A stretch of DNA of 64,000 nt from the human T2T-CHM13v2.0 reference genome, Homo sapiens (GCF_009914755.1 NC_060943.1); one strand, 5' to 3'. Positions 38,898-55,934 are shown, numbered from the stretch's first letter. Notes: generated by a model from the sequence alone, not told the origin. Program-made: numbers and translations.

Positions 38898-39732
38898 TTA
38901 TACATTACAGTGTACAAAGTGATGTTCTGATATATGTATATAAAATAAGTAAAGTTACATAACGTATCAATAACCTTTTTGTGGTGAGACATCTGAAATG
39001 TACTCCTATTTTGAAATAATGCATTATTGTTTACTATAGTTATGCTGCTGTGCAATAGATCTCAAACCCTATTTGCCTCTGTCTATTTGAAACGTTATAC
39101 CCTTTAACAAATCCCTATTTCCCTCTCAGACCCTTGCCTTCTAGTCACCATTATTTCACTTTCTACTTTTTTGAGTTAAACTTTATTAGATTCTGCATAT
39201 AAATGAGATCATGCAGTGTTTGTCTTTCTGTGTCAGACTTATTCCCTCTAGCATAGTGTCTTCCAAATTTATCTATATTGTTTCAAATGGTTGGATTTAC
39301 CTTCTTTTAAGGCTGAATTGTATTCCATTTACCACATTTAAAAAATTAAATATATATTTATTTGTTGATAAACGTGTGTTATGTAAAAATATTTGTGTTA
39401 AAGCACATATTAATGTAATTCAGCATATGAATATCTTATTAATAGCTAATTTGTACTGAGCACTAACCATAACATTATTTATGTGTTAATGGATTTTAAT
39501 TCTCACAGTAACTTAATACATCTAAACACTCATTTTTAATAAAAATCAAAAATTGAATCATTTATATTGTTATAAGATTGTATAGAATGGTACATGAAAA
39601 AATAATTTAAGCAAAAAAGATATTAATATTTGCAATACATAAAATTGGAAAGCAGTTAATTATTTGGAGATGATATCTTTGTTTACTTAGATAACAAAAT
39701 AAACTATAAGACTATTTTAAAAGTCTATTCAG

Positions 39733-40030
39733 GTGGGTAGGCAAAATTCTAAGATGATCCCAAGGATTCCAGGTCTGTTGCACATCTGCTGTGCATTCCT
39801 TTTCTCTTGAGTGTAAAAAAGGTGTGACTGTGGTGAGAAATCACTCATGAAATTAGGTTACTAATATGTTGACTTGGTGTTCATCAAAAGGGAGATTATC
39901 TCAATTTGGCTAAACTGAATTAGAGGTGCTTTTAAGAGGAAGAGACACATCATAGTAAAACACTGCTGCTTGCCTGGAAGTAAGTGACTTCTAGGTGGGC
40001 CATGTTGTAAGCTGCTTTTGGTGGTCACAT
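39733..40030 (+). mobile_element. MLT1 (MaLR) LTR fragment
   Basis: ggtaggcaaaattctaagatgatccc...tcactc..gattaggtta...gggagattatc. Confidence 0.6.
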
Positions 40031-42196
40031 GGCAGGAAATGTTTGTATATTGTAATCATTTCTGCTTCCCACATGTTGCTTTCCACAGGAAGACAGAAGA
40101 ATTCCATGACAAGAAAATAAAGGGTGGGGGGGTCTCATTCATGCAAGAAATAATCACTTCTCATTTGAGATAGCATTAAGGTGACAGAAAAAACCACAAC
40201 ATGACCACATCAATGAGAGGAAAAAGACAACACGGTCGAAGGTGCTCACTGGCATTATGGAGAAACATTTTGTAAGCCATAGTGAATGATCAGCCTCTGG
40301 GATACCGGTAGTCTACTAAGAAAGCTAAACTCATTCTAATAAATCAGCATATCTGCACCATTCTGGTTGGCCCAGTTTTACACTATCCATTTCAGAAATA
40401 CCATGGAGACCAGTGGGTACCCTCCTAAAATTGAAATTATAATTAGAAAGCATACCTAATTATTTGTTTTCATAATTGAAAAGCCTTGAAAACAATGAAT
40501 TTATTAATAAGGAACTGCTAATTTTAGAAGATCCTATTATACTGTATTACAACATTGAACTTTAAACACCTTGAGTATTTCTTGAATGCATAAACAGTTA
40601 CGTAGATAGTTTCTCTTAGATTAACATGATAAAGGTAACAGAAAACATTTGAAATGGAATAAAATTAAAGCCACATGTTTTCAATGTCTTGGCGTAATTG
40701 CCATGCTTTTTAAAACGGCCAGAAAAATAAATAAATAAAAAACAATAAAACAGCCAGTTACTACCAAGAAGCAAAGACAAGATTTTAGCTTTGCTCAATC
40801 ATTACATGATTGACCTTTAGAAATCTAAAACTCTGGCTAAAAAATTAGGAGAAATTTTTTTTTTAGGTAACTTCCTAGGATTTCTGAGGCAACACAAGAA
40901 TTCTGATAGGCAGAAAAAAAGCATACTAAATATACACATTGCTCTTCTCTGATTTGCTTTAACATTAAAAGATTAAAAATTGCAAATATAAGCTAAATTT
41001 AGAGTATGTTAACAAAACATTTATTTTTCAGCCAAGCAAATAATTATATAAAATTAATGAGTAACAGATGCCATCATCTGCCAAAAAATAGTATGACTAG
41101 ATTCAGTAAGTGTCTAGCCATGAAAATGACAGCCCAATTAAATTAAGACCCTAATAGGTGCATGTGGAAAGCATGTGCAAAGGTGCTGCACCTCCACTTA
41201 GCACCTTCTTCTGCCTCTTTACAGAGACACCAATTTCCCTAGTGACTTCTGGTGAATACTGGGAACTAAGAATGCATTGTTCAGAGCGATTACTGAGAAC
41301 ATGGTTAACACAGTTTTTTCATATTATAATAAAATTTTGTAAATCTTACTCTACCTCTGAAAGGCTTTTAGTAAAAGAATTGTTTATGTATGGTACTCAA
41401 TTTGGATTCATAGAAAAATTTACTTTTCCAGGTAAATCAGAGACACATGTCAATCAAATTCTATAATACATACTTGAATGAGATAAAGTCTTCTTAGCTA
41501 AGAATTTTATTTCATTAGTACATTAAGAGAAAAATAGAAAACCAGTACTTTGGGCCCAAAACAGAGTTTGGCATGTGAGTACCACTCAAACAAGTGCTCT
41601 TTGCTCTTTATCATCACTGTTAAAGTAGCAATAGCACTGCGTGCTTTCCTAGAACCAGCTGGCCTGTTTTCTACTGATAAAAGTGGAGAAAGCATTGAAA
41701 TAGTGGAGGGTAATATAAATTGAAAACTTATATGAAATACAATTTTTAATAAAAAGCATTTGATGTTGTACAACTCCAGGTGAGACTATTAGTGTGAGGT
41801 CATATTTTTACTTCTATTGACAGAAAACTTAATTGACAATATTCTGATTTCCAGTGATATTCATTTATCTGCTGTATATTTGCTCGCTTTAGATCAATAT
41901 TACCTGAGCTCAAAAGAAATCAACCAAATGAATATCCACGAGCATTTTATTATTGATGCATATGCTTATTTTGCTTAAAGTATGTTAGCTTTTTATCAAA
42001 GATTTATACTTTTGGTGTGTTTTTTACTGCTGAGAAGTGGCTATTCTGCCAGGAAACTGGCATTCTCAGCTCTACCCACATTGACTAATAGTGAGTGGAA
42101 GTGATGTGTGGATGAAAAGCAAATGTGTCTTCTCAGCATCTCCTTTTTCATCCATTGGCTGAAGAAAGAGAAGGACGCAGATAGAAAATGAAAGTG

Positions 42197-42528
<332 letters not shown>

Positions 42529-42540
42529 TCAACATCAAAA

Positions 42541-43153
<613 letters not shown>

Positions 43154-43971
43154 TAATTCATTTGTTAAGGTAAGTGGTTTAGGGAAGACCCATTGCTTTT
43201 GACCAACATCTCCACCTCCAGTCCCAGGCATTATTCTATTTTCTGCTTCTGTGAGCTTGAATATTTTTAAACTCTACATAAAAATAAGATTGTTTGGTAT
43301 TAGTTTTTTCTCTGCTGACTTATTTCACTTAGCACAATGTCCTCTGGGTTTATTAATGTTGTTGCAAATAGCAAGACTTTCTTTTTAAGACTAAATAGCA
43401 TTCCATTGTGTAAATATACCACATTTTCTTTATCCATTCCCTTGTTGATGAATACTTAGGTTGACTTCATACATTACCTATTGTGAGTAATCCACATCCT
43501 TTACTTTCATTTGTTTTTATATCATTTTTCCTTCCTTTTTTTATTCCTAGAAGTAGATTATTCTTAAAATGTAAATTATGACTGTTAAATATTTTCTATG
43601 CCTTATTTTGGTTAATATTTTGGCTGATTAAGAAGATAAGTTTCTAAAAAATTTTTTCGATCAAAGCCATTTCTTCATTATCAACATCGTTTGAGACAAA
43701 ATAGTAATAAACATCAACATCGATTAAACAATTATCTAACCCTATAATCATTTTCTAAGCTGCATCTTTGTGTCATCTCTCTCGGTTATAAGAAAGAGGC
43801 TTCTGATTTTCAACATAAAATTTTGTAAAATTTAACCTTTTGGTCTGAAAATTAAACTGATCAGTTACCAGAAAAGTTGATTTTTGATACATGTTATTGT
43901 AATTGTTTCTACTTAAATTCTTCAGAAAACCCAAACTGACAACAAATGCATTTAAATTTTTTTGAAAATTA

Positions 43972-44307
<336 letters not shown>

Positions 44308-45534
44308 TTAAAAATACTTGTAGATTTTCAGAGAATGTCTCTCAAATACTTCAAGTTACCTTCTTCTGATCGTAGATACATATTTTTCTATATTGCTATA
44401 ATAGAGTTTTGGCTGTCCTTTGTGGCCAGCTCCTTCATTTCTATCTTATTTAGTTGTGCATTATTTATATTACGTATTTTACATTTTAAAACTTGTAGAC
44501 CATGCAATGTAACTTTCAAACAATTGAAAAACCTTTTTCTATGTTAGACTCTCTGCTTAATCAGTAGTCAGTTTATTTTCACCCTTCAAAAACATTTTAA
44601 CTGCCTGAAAATCAAAGGGACAGTTCAAGTGAGTATTCTGAGCTGGTTCTCTCCACTATCAATCTATTCAAATTCACACAGGTTATCTTATAAAGAAAGT
44701 GCACTTGAACAACATTGTCACAGCAATGTAAAACAGGTATAATATAATAAAGATGAGACACTGCCTTCTAGGAAAAGAGTTAATTTTTCTTATTCTGTGT
44801 ATGTGAGTATGTGGCAGCTGTAAGGTTGTCAATAAAGACTAAAGTTAGAGAGGGAGAGAGAACACTTTACATTAGTAATGCAGCGTAGTTCCTATGCAGC
44901 CTTCTTGTTTGTCAAACATCTCTTGAATTGTTTTGTCAAGTATTATGTTGCTGTATCCATCACTTATTAGACTTTGATGATTATCTTCTACTTTATCAAT
45001 TAAGTATGCAATCAACATCATTCAGAGTCCTGTCCTTGATGTTTAAGTACTCAGACATAAAACTATTAAAATATTGATTAAAAAATGAGTTTGTTTTTTT
45101 TTTTTTTTTTTTTTTACTACAGAGCATTTCATGCCAGTAAGCTTAAATCTCTTGAACTTTTGAAAACATGCTTTAGTTTATCTTTAGCTTGGAAAGCCTA
45201 AATTGGTCAAAAGCAAATATAACAATAAACTTGAATATAAATCATTTTGGAATTGAATTCAAATTATAAAATAAAATATTAAATTTGATAAATGTATTTT
45301 ACTGTGTGTCAGAAATTTTACAAAAATTTTGAATAGTGTAATAAAGCTGAAATGGAAATACATACATGCTTTTATGATAAGTTATTTTGTGATTTAAATT
45401 TTTAATTTAACAGTGTTATATAGTAGACTTCAATAAAAGTAGTCTGTGTTTAAAATGTGCATATTGACATATCAGAGAAGAAAATATTGATAATAAAGAA
45501 TACAAAACAAACCATGACAGTCTTGATGGCTGTT

Positions 45535-46404
<870 letters not shown>

Positions 46405-46491
46405 AATAGTACGTCTTAATTTATTCCCAACTTCCAACTCTGTGATTAAGATTTAGCTGTTATGTTACCATAGACAATAGTGGGAAAAAAA

Positions 46492-46782
<291 letters not shown>

Positions 46783-47086
46783 GGAAAATAAAAATTTTAA
46801 AAATAAACATATGTGAGCTTTATCTAGGTTATTAGCTGTGTGTGCCCAGGAGAAATTATTTTACATCCTTGGAGCTTCAGGATTCACAATTAATAAAAAT
46901 TACTATTTCCCCCGGGGCTGTTTTAATTCATACATGGTAGCTGTAAGTATTTTTTACTGAAACTCTTGTCTAAATATATTATAGTAAATATTAAGAATAA
47001 AATTATTCATATTTCAAATATTTTATTGTAATTGAGTGAGTATATTTTGTCATATTTCGTGTATTTATCCTTTTTTAAAAATGCCA

Positions 47087-48437
47087 GCCAGCCTCGGCCT
47101 CCCGAGGTGCCGGGATTGCAGATGGAGTCTCGTTCACTCAGTGCTCAATGTTGCCCAGGCTGGAGTGCAGTGGCGTGATCTCGGCTCGCTACAACCTCCA
47201 CCTCCCAGCCGCCTGCCTTGGCCTCCCAAAGTGCCGAGATTGCAGCCTCTGCCCAGCCGCCACCCCATCTGGGAAGTGAGGAGCGTCTCTGCCTGGCTGC
47301 CCATGGTCGGGGATGTGAGGAGCCCCTCTGCTCGGCTGCCCAGTCTGGGAAGTGAGGAGCGCCTCTTCCCGGCCGCCATCCCGTCTAGGAAGTGAGGAGC
47401 GTCTCTGCCCGGCCGCCCATCGTCTGAGATGTGGGGAGGGCCTCTGATCCGCCACCCCGTCTGGGATGTGAGGAGCGCCTCTGCCCGGCCGCGACCCTGT
47501 CTGGGAGGTGAGGAGCGTCTCCACCCGGCCGCCCCGTCTGAGAAGTGAGGAGCCCCTCCACCTGGCAGCCGCCCTGTCTGAGAAGTGAGGAGCCCCTCCG
47601 CCTGGCAGCCGCCCCATCCGGGAGGGAGGTGGGGGGCAGCCCCCGCCCGGCCAGCCGCCCCTTCCGGGAGGGAGGTGGGGGGCAGCCCCTGCCCGGCCAG
47701 CCGCCCCATCAGGGAGGGAGGTGGGGGCCAGCCCCCGCTCGGCCAGCCGCCCCATCGCGGGGGAGGTGGGGGCCAGCCCCTGGCCCGCCAGCCGCCCCGT
47801 CAGGGAGGGAGGTGGGGGGCAGCCCCTGCCCGGCCAGCCGCCCCGTCTGGGAGGTGGGGGGCGCCTCTGCCCGGCCGCCCCTTCTGGGAAGTGAGGAGCC
47901 CCTCTGCCCGGCCGCCACCCTGTCTGGGAGGTGTACCCAACAGCTCATTGAGAACGGGCCATGATGACGATGGCGGTTTTGTCAAATAGAAAAGGGGGAA
48001 ATGTGGGGAAAAGATAGAGAAATCAGATTGTTGCTGTGTCTGCGTAGAAAGAAGTAGACATAGGAGATTCCATTTTGTTCTGTACTAAGAAAAATTCTTC
48101 TGCCTTGGGATGCTGTTGATCTATGACCTTACCCGCAACCCGGTGCTCTCTGAAACATGTTCTGTGTCCACTCAGGGTTAAATGGATTAAGGGGGTGCAA
48201 GATGTGCTTTGTTAAACAGATGCTTGAAGGCAGCATGCTTGTTAAGAGTCATCACCACTCCCTAATCTCAAGTACCCAGGTACACAAACACTGCAGAAGG
48301 CCCCAGGGTCCTCTGCCTAGGAAAACCAGAGACCTTTGTTCACTTGTTTATCTGCTGACCTTCCCTCCACTATTGTCCTATGACCCTGCCAAGTCCCCCT
48401 CTGCGAGAAACACCCAAGAATGATCAATTTAAAAAAA
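47087..48437 (+). mobile_element. SVA retrotransposon, 5'-truncated, older type (SVA_C-like)
   Basis: Partial Alu-like domain, short VNTR (about 47250-47930), SINE-R, poly-A; TSD AAAAATGCCA (47077-47086 / 48438-48447); SINE-R variants gatagagaaatcagattgttgct and gatgctgttgatctatgacc. Confidence 0.93.
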
Positions 48438-48515
48438 AAAAATGCCAAAATAAGAATTTTTTTTTTTTTGGAATACCAGGCTAAGAGTTTCTATATTGTG
48501 ACTTTGCTAAGTTTT

Positions 48516-51178
48516 TTTTTTTTTTTTTTTAATTTATTTTTTTATTGATAATTCTTGGGTGTTTCTCACAGAGGGGGATTTGGCAGGGAAGGTCAGCAGA
48601 TAAACAAGTGAACAAAGGTCTCTGGTTTTCCTAGGCAGAGGACCCTGCGGCCTTCCGCAGTGTTTGTGTCCCTGATTACTTGAGATTAGGGAGTGGTGAT
48701 GACTCTTAACGAGCATGCTGCCTTCAAGCATCTGTTTAACAAAGCACATCTTGCACCGCCCTTAATCCATTTAACCCTGAGTGGACACAGCACATGTTTC
48801 AGAGAGCACAGGGTTGGGGGCAAGGTCACAGATCAACAGGATCCCAAGGCAGAGGAATTTTTCTTAGTGCAGAACAAAATGAAAAGTCTCCCATGTCTAC
48901 TTCTTTCCACACAGACACGGCAACCATCCGATTTCTCAATCTTTTCCCCACCTTTCCCGCCTTTCTATTCCACAAAGCCGCCATTGTCATCCTGGCCCGT
49001 TCTCAATGAGCTGTTGGGCACACCTCCCAGACGGGGTGGTGGCCGGGCAGAGGGGCTCCTCACTTCCCAGTAGGGGCGGCCGGGCAGAGGCGCCCCTCAC
49101 CTCCCGGACGGGGTGGCTGGCCGGGCAGGGGGGCTGACCCCCCCCACCTCCCTCCCGGACGGGGCAGCTGGCCGGGCGGGGGGCTGACCCCCCCACCTCC
49201 CTCCCGGATGGGGCGGCTGGCCGGGCAGAGGGGCTCCTCACTTCCCAGTAGGGGCGGCCGGGCAGAGGCGCCCCTCACCTCCCAGACGGGGTGGCTGGCC
49301 GGGCAGGGGGGCTGACCGCCCCCCACCTCCCTCCCGGACAGGGCGGCTGGCCGGGCGGGGGGCTGACACCCCCGCCTCCCTCCCGGACGGGGCAGCTGGC
49401 CGGGCAGAGGGGCACCTCACTTCCCAGTAGGGGCAGCCGGGCAGAGGCGCCCCTCACCTCCCGGACGGGTCGGCTGGCCGGGCGGGGGGGCTGACCCCCC
49501 CCACCTCCCTCCCGGACGGGGCGGCTGGCCGGGCGGGGGGCTGACCCCCCCACCTCCCTCCCGGACGGGGCGGCTGGCCGGGCAGAGGGGCTCCTCACTT
49601 CCCAGTAGGGGCGGCCGGGCAGAGGCGCCCCTCACCTCCCAGACGGGGCGGCTGGCCGGGCGGAGGGCTGACCCCCCCACCTCCCACCCGGACAGGGCGG
49701 CTGGCCGGGCGGGGTCTGACCCCCCCACCTCCCTCCCGGACGGGGCGGCTGGCCGGGCAGAGGGGCTCCTCACTTCCCAGTAGGGGCGGCCGGGCAGAGG
49801 CGCCCCTCACCTCCCAGACGGGGCGGCTGGCCGGGCGGAGGGCTGACCCCCCCACCTCCCTCCCCGACGGGGCGGCTGGCCAGGCGGGGGGCTGACCCCC
49901 CCACCTCCCTCCCGGACGGGGCGGCTGGCCGGGTGGGGGGGCTGACCCCCCATCTCCCTCCCGGACGGGGTGGCTGGCCGGGCTGAGGGGCTCCTCACTT
50001 CCCAGTAGGGGCGGCCGGGCAGAGGTGCCCCTCACCTCCCGGACGGGGCGGCTGGCCGGGCGGGGGGGCTGACCCCCCCACCTCCCTCCCGGACGGCACG
50101 GCTGGCCAGGCGGGGGGCTGACCCCCCCACCTCCCTCCCGGATGGCACGGCTGGCCGGGCGGGGGGGCTGACCCCCCACCTCCCTTCCGGATGGGGCGGC
50201 TGGCCAGGCGGGGGGCTGACCCCCCCCACCTCCCTCCCGGACGGGGTGGCTGCCGGTCGGAGACGCTCCTCACTTCCCAGATGGGGTGGCTGCCGGGCGG
50301 AGAGGCTCCTCACTTCTCAGATGGGGCAGCTGCCGGGCGGAGGGGCTCCTCACTTCTCAGACGGGGTGGTTGCCAGGCAGAGGGTCTCCTCACTTCTCAG
50401 ACGGGGCGGCCGGGCAGAGACGCTCCTCACCTCCCAGATGGGGTCTCGGCCGGGCAGAGGCGCTCCTCACATCCCAGATGGGGCGGCAGGGCAGAGGCGC
50501 TCCCCACATCTCAGACGATGGGCGGCCGGGCAGAGACGCTCCTCACTTCCTAGATGTGATGGCGGCTGGGAAGAGGCGCTCCTCACTTCCTAGATGGGAT
50601 GGCGGCCGGGCGGAGACGCTCCTCACTTTCCAGACTGGGCAGCCAGGCAGAGGGGCTCCTCACATCCCAGACGATGGGCGGCCAGGCAGAGACACTCCTC
50701 ACTTCCCAGACGGGGTGGCGGCCGGGCAGAGGCTGCAATCTCGGCACTTTGGGAGGCCAAGGCAGGCGGCTGGGAGGTGGAGGTTGTAGTGAGCCGAGAT
50801 CACGCCACTGCACTCCAGCCTGGGCACCATTGAGCACTGAGTGAACGAGACTCCGTCTGCAATCCCGGCACGGGAGGCCGAGGTTGGCGGATCACTCGCG
50901 GTTAGGGGCTGGAGACCGGCCCGGCCAACACAGCGAAACCCCGTCTCCACCAAAACCAGTCAGGGTGGCGGCGCGCGCCTGCAATCACAGGCACTCGGCA
51001 GGCTGAGGCAGGAGAATCAGGCAGGGAGGTTGCAGTGAGCCGAGATGGCAGCAGTACAGTCCAGCTTCAGCTCCGCATGAGAGGGAGACCGTGGGGAGAG
51101 GGAGAGGGAGAGGGAGAGGGAGACGGAGAGGGAGAGGGAGAGGGAGAGGGAGAGGGAGAGGGAGAGGGAGAGGGAGAG
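48516..51178 (-). mobile_element. Full-length SVA, young type (SVA_F-like)
   Basis: Poly-T, SINE-R (ggccaggatgacaatggcggctttgtgg, aagtaatcaggg, gaattatcaataaaaaaataaatt on -), about 1.7-kb VNTR, Alu-like domain, (CCCTCT)n head at 51094-51178. Confidence 0.95.
51094..51178 (-). repeat. SVA (CCCTCT)n hexamer, about 14 units, one interruption
   Basis: (GGGAGA)n on + with agacgg at 51121-51126. Confidence 0.95.
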
Positions 51179-51465
51179 CCTTGTTCGCTTAATTTAAAAA
51201 AAAAAAAATGCCAAAATAAGAATTTTTTTTTTTTGGAGTACCAGGCTAAGAGTTTCTATATTGTGACTTTGCTAAGTTTTGCATATGATTTTGACTGCTA
51301 CCATTGAACTCAGGTTGAATATTAAACCCACTTTTGTTTAGCTTGTGTGGTTTTTGGTTCATCCGTAAAACAAAATATATTATACATGAACTGTTGGGGT
51401 AACTTGGCTTCATTTTTGTTCTCTTTCTGTTATTACATCTGTGGCTTTAGAAATCACTAAGATTC

Positions 51466-51774
<309 letters not shown>

Positions 51775-54309
51775 TCACTAAGATTCAAATAACGTTAGTT
51801 GGGACTCAAGCAACAGAAAATCCCAAAAATGACTCAGAAAAATAGCTACTGGATAGTGCCTTTCAGTGAGATTTATACGTGAAACAGAAGCCAATATATT
51901 TTACAAACTTATTGCAAGTTCATTAAATGTAGAAAATAATTGCCTGCAACATATTAGGCACTTGTCTTAGTCTATGGCATCCCTAGCTTGGGGAAGCTGA
52001 CATTACAGAAAAGAATATTGCTACTCTAATGAGATTTGGAACAAATACTTATGTGCTTTTAAACATTCTCTTTAATAATCCTTAGATACATGTCATTCTG
52101 GCTCAATTCTTTTAGTATAACTGTCTACAGTTCTAGAGACTCAGTCCCATCAAATTTAAGCCATGGTATTTTCAGCTTTTTATGTTTATTTTTAGCTAGT
52201 GAGCTTAATAGTTGATATTATTATATTGGGGTCACCATGGCAATCTGGGCCTTAGAGTTGACCATCCTACCTCATCCTTTTTGTTTCACATGCTCTGTTG
52301 TTGAATCCCTCTCACTTTATATTTGAGCCTTAAGGAGGCTTCAGTTTGGAGGAACCAGAGGAATGGGTTTCTATATATATTGAGTTGAGAATTAGAATCC
52401 TCTTAAGGATAGAGATCTTACATTTATTATTTACAGTACAAAGCAGTATTTATAGGATGTAGACATATTTTATTCAAATATAAATAATTTTATCAGTATG
52501 CCAATGTGGTCAAAATAACTGCATCAACTTCACCCAATGTTCTGCTTCAGACTCTGCCAACACAAAGATCAATATGTATGCATTCGTGGATGTTAGTTTT
52601 TTTTTTTGGTGTAGGTTTTCGTTTGCTTAAATTTTTAAAGATTTTGTTCCTACATTATGCTGATGTTAAGCTAAAGAAGTACATCTAACTGCCATTAGAA
52701 TAAAGATAATGATAAGAATGATGACTAATCTTAACTGCTGTCTGCTGACAGGGGGCACTGTTTTGGCAAGTCAGCAGTCAGATCTCCCTCAGAGGCCTAT
52801 GTAAGGGTCTCCAGTAAAACGTGGCCATCATCTGAGGCTCCAGTTGCATGGCCATTTGGAGTTTAATGGCCTGAATGCAAGAAAAGACAAACTGGGTTAT
52901 TGGAAGACATGTATTAAAATGAAACAAGAGGGTAATGACAGCACAAAAATCCTAAGGCTGCTGACACACCCAGATAACAGGTGGCTATAGTTATGCCTGC
53001 TAAGATTTGGGTGCATGGGGCTTGGATTTCGTTAGCTCCATTGTTCTTATTTTCCCAAACATAGAAACCTCCAGGTTATGGGTACTCTAGTTACTCCTAT
53101 CACCTGACAGGATTTGCGGGATAATTGCCCAGAACTGAAATGTGGATCCAGATTGTTACATTAACCATTCCTTTCTGTTTCTTCTGCACTGTAGCTGGAG
53201 ATCACTGGTTGATTTCACAGGAATAAACAGGGTTAGTCTAAATTGCAAGGAAAAACTTAAAAACTAATGAGACTATAATTTAATGACAAGTGTATGATCA
53301 GTTTGGAAACATAATTTTTCTCTCCAGTTCTCATTTTTGTTAAAAACACATCATGATAGGACTGACTTGTTTGCAAAATAAAATTTAGTCTTATACTTGG
53401 CCTGATTGTTTGTATAAAGTGCAGGAAGAATAATTATTTTTAAATAGGCTTTTAAAATTCACTTTGATGGGACTCTGTTCTACAAGGAATCTATGATATA
53501 ACTTTTTAAAGCCAAGCCCCCTCATGGGTTTGTAATCTCAAATACCGAGGAATTAGGTGAATTCCTTTCTTCTTGAGTTCCCAAGTATATGGGGTTCCTG
53601 GGCCTGTTACAAAGTGACATTTTTTACTCAACACATGTTAGGAACCCTGTACAGGGACTGTGTAGAGAGGTATGAGACCAGTTTGCTCTAGGAGCTTTTA
53701 TTGGCTCTGCAAGTTGAGCCTGATTCCTTAAAGGGAAGCATATTTTTCCAGTCAAAGCCTTGGTAAAACAACCAGTTTCTCCAATTGTACCCTGTCACAA
53801 AAGAAAATGGATTCTTATTGCACTGATGCAAACAACCATATTACCATAAGTTAAGAACACTCACAGATAAGCTTCCAAATTCTGTAGAAACTAGCCAGAG
53901 AAAAACAAATATGCTCCAAATTTTGTTCACAGGAGTATACTTTACTCAATTATTAAAGGCTGTAAATAGCTCAAGGTAAGTTTCCTTGACTATGGAAAAC
54001 AAAACAAAAATTAGCAATGTTTGAAGCAAAAAGTTGAAAAAAAAATTACTTCAATTTCCTATTAGTTTAGTCCATTGAGCTAACTTTTGTTCTGCTTGAT
54101 ATTCATGAACACTTTAGCTCTTCATGAGTTCTGTATGTTTCTCCTGTATTTCAATGTCACAATCTCTAAATTTATCAGAAACCTGTATTTGAGAGCACCT
54201 GTTAAAGTCCTATAGCTGATTATAAACCATCTTTTGAAAAAGATGAAAACAAGAAAACAATTGTCTGTGAATGACAACATGTCCAGGGAATAGTCCAAAA
54301 CACAATTGA

Positions 54310-54605
54310 GGCCAGGCACGGTGGTTCACGCCTATAACCCAGCACTTTGGGAGGCTGAGGCGGGCAGATAATCTGAGGTCAAGAGTTTGAGACCAGCCTG
54401 GCCTACATGGTGAAACTCTGTTCCTACTGAAAATACAAAAATTAGCCAGGTATGTTTGTGGGCACCTGTAATCCCAGCTACTTGAGAGGCTGAGGCAAAA
54501 GAATGGCTTGGACCCAGGTGATGGATATTGTAGTGAGCCGAAATTGTACCACTGCACTCCAGCCTGGGTGACAGAGTGAGACTCCATCTCAAAAAACAAA
54601 CAAAC
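54310..54605 (+). mobile_element. AluS
   Basis: TSD aaacacaattga. Confidence 0.9.
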
Positions 54606-55045
54606 ACAATTGACAAATAAATTTTGTTATCTCTGTTTTACAATAACATAGCAACCTAACTGTGATTGATAGCATATATTTAGACATTAGAATTCTAGAA
54701 ATCCCATACAATTTTGAAACACATATTAATATTATTCACTAAAATATTATGTGAGGAAGATTAAACATTATTTTGGCAATCCCATCTACCTAAACATGTC
54801 AAATAATTCTGATTTTCTCTCTTCTGGATGCTCCAGGGGTTCTCTGTATCACTGAAGCATCCAAAAGCTAGGGGTCAGGAAAGACAACCTTGAAGCTGAA
54901 ATTTGATTTTGGGAAGCCTGTCAAATATTAGAGGTTTTAAATACTTGATATTATGAAATACAATTTCAAGTTACCATAAGTTATTTATTTTGCCAAAATG
55001 ATAACTTGAAAATTTTAAAACAAGGCAAAAGCCTTTACTTATTAA

Positions 55046-55934
<889 letters not shown>

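Noticed and set aside
47087-51178. CpG island suggesting a gene promoter
   Set aside because: Entirely explained by SVA sequence
47036-51307. Dense overlapping Pro/Gly/Arg-rich ORFs and a (GE)n ORF
   Set aside because: Translations of the GC-rich SVA VNTR and hexamer; stop-poor by composition, no gene structure
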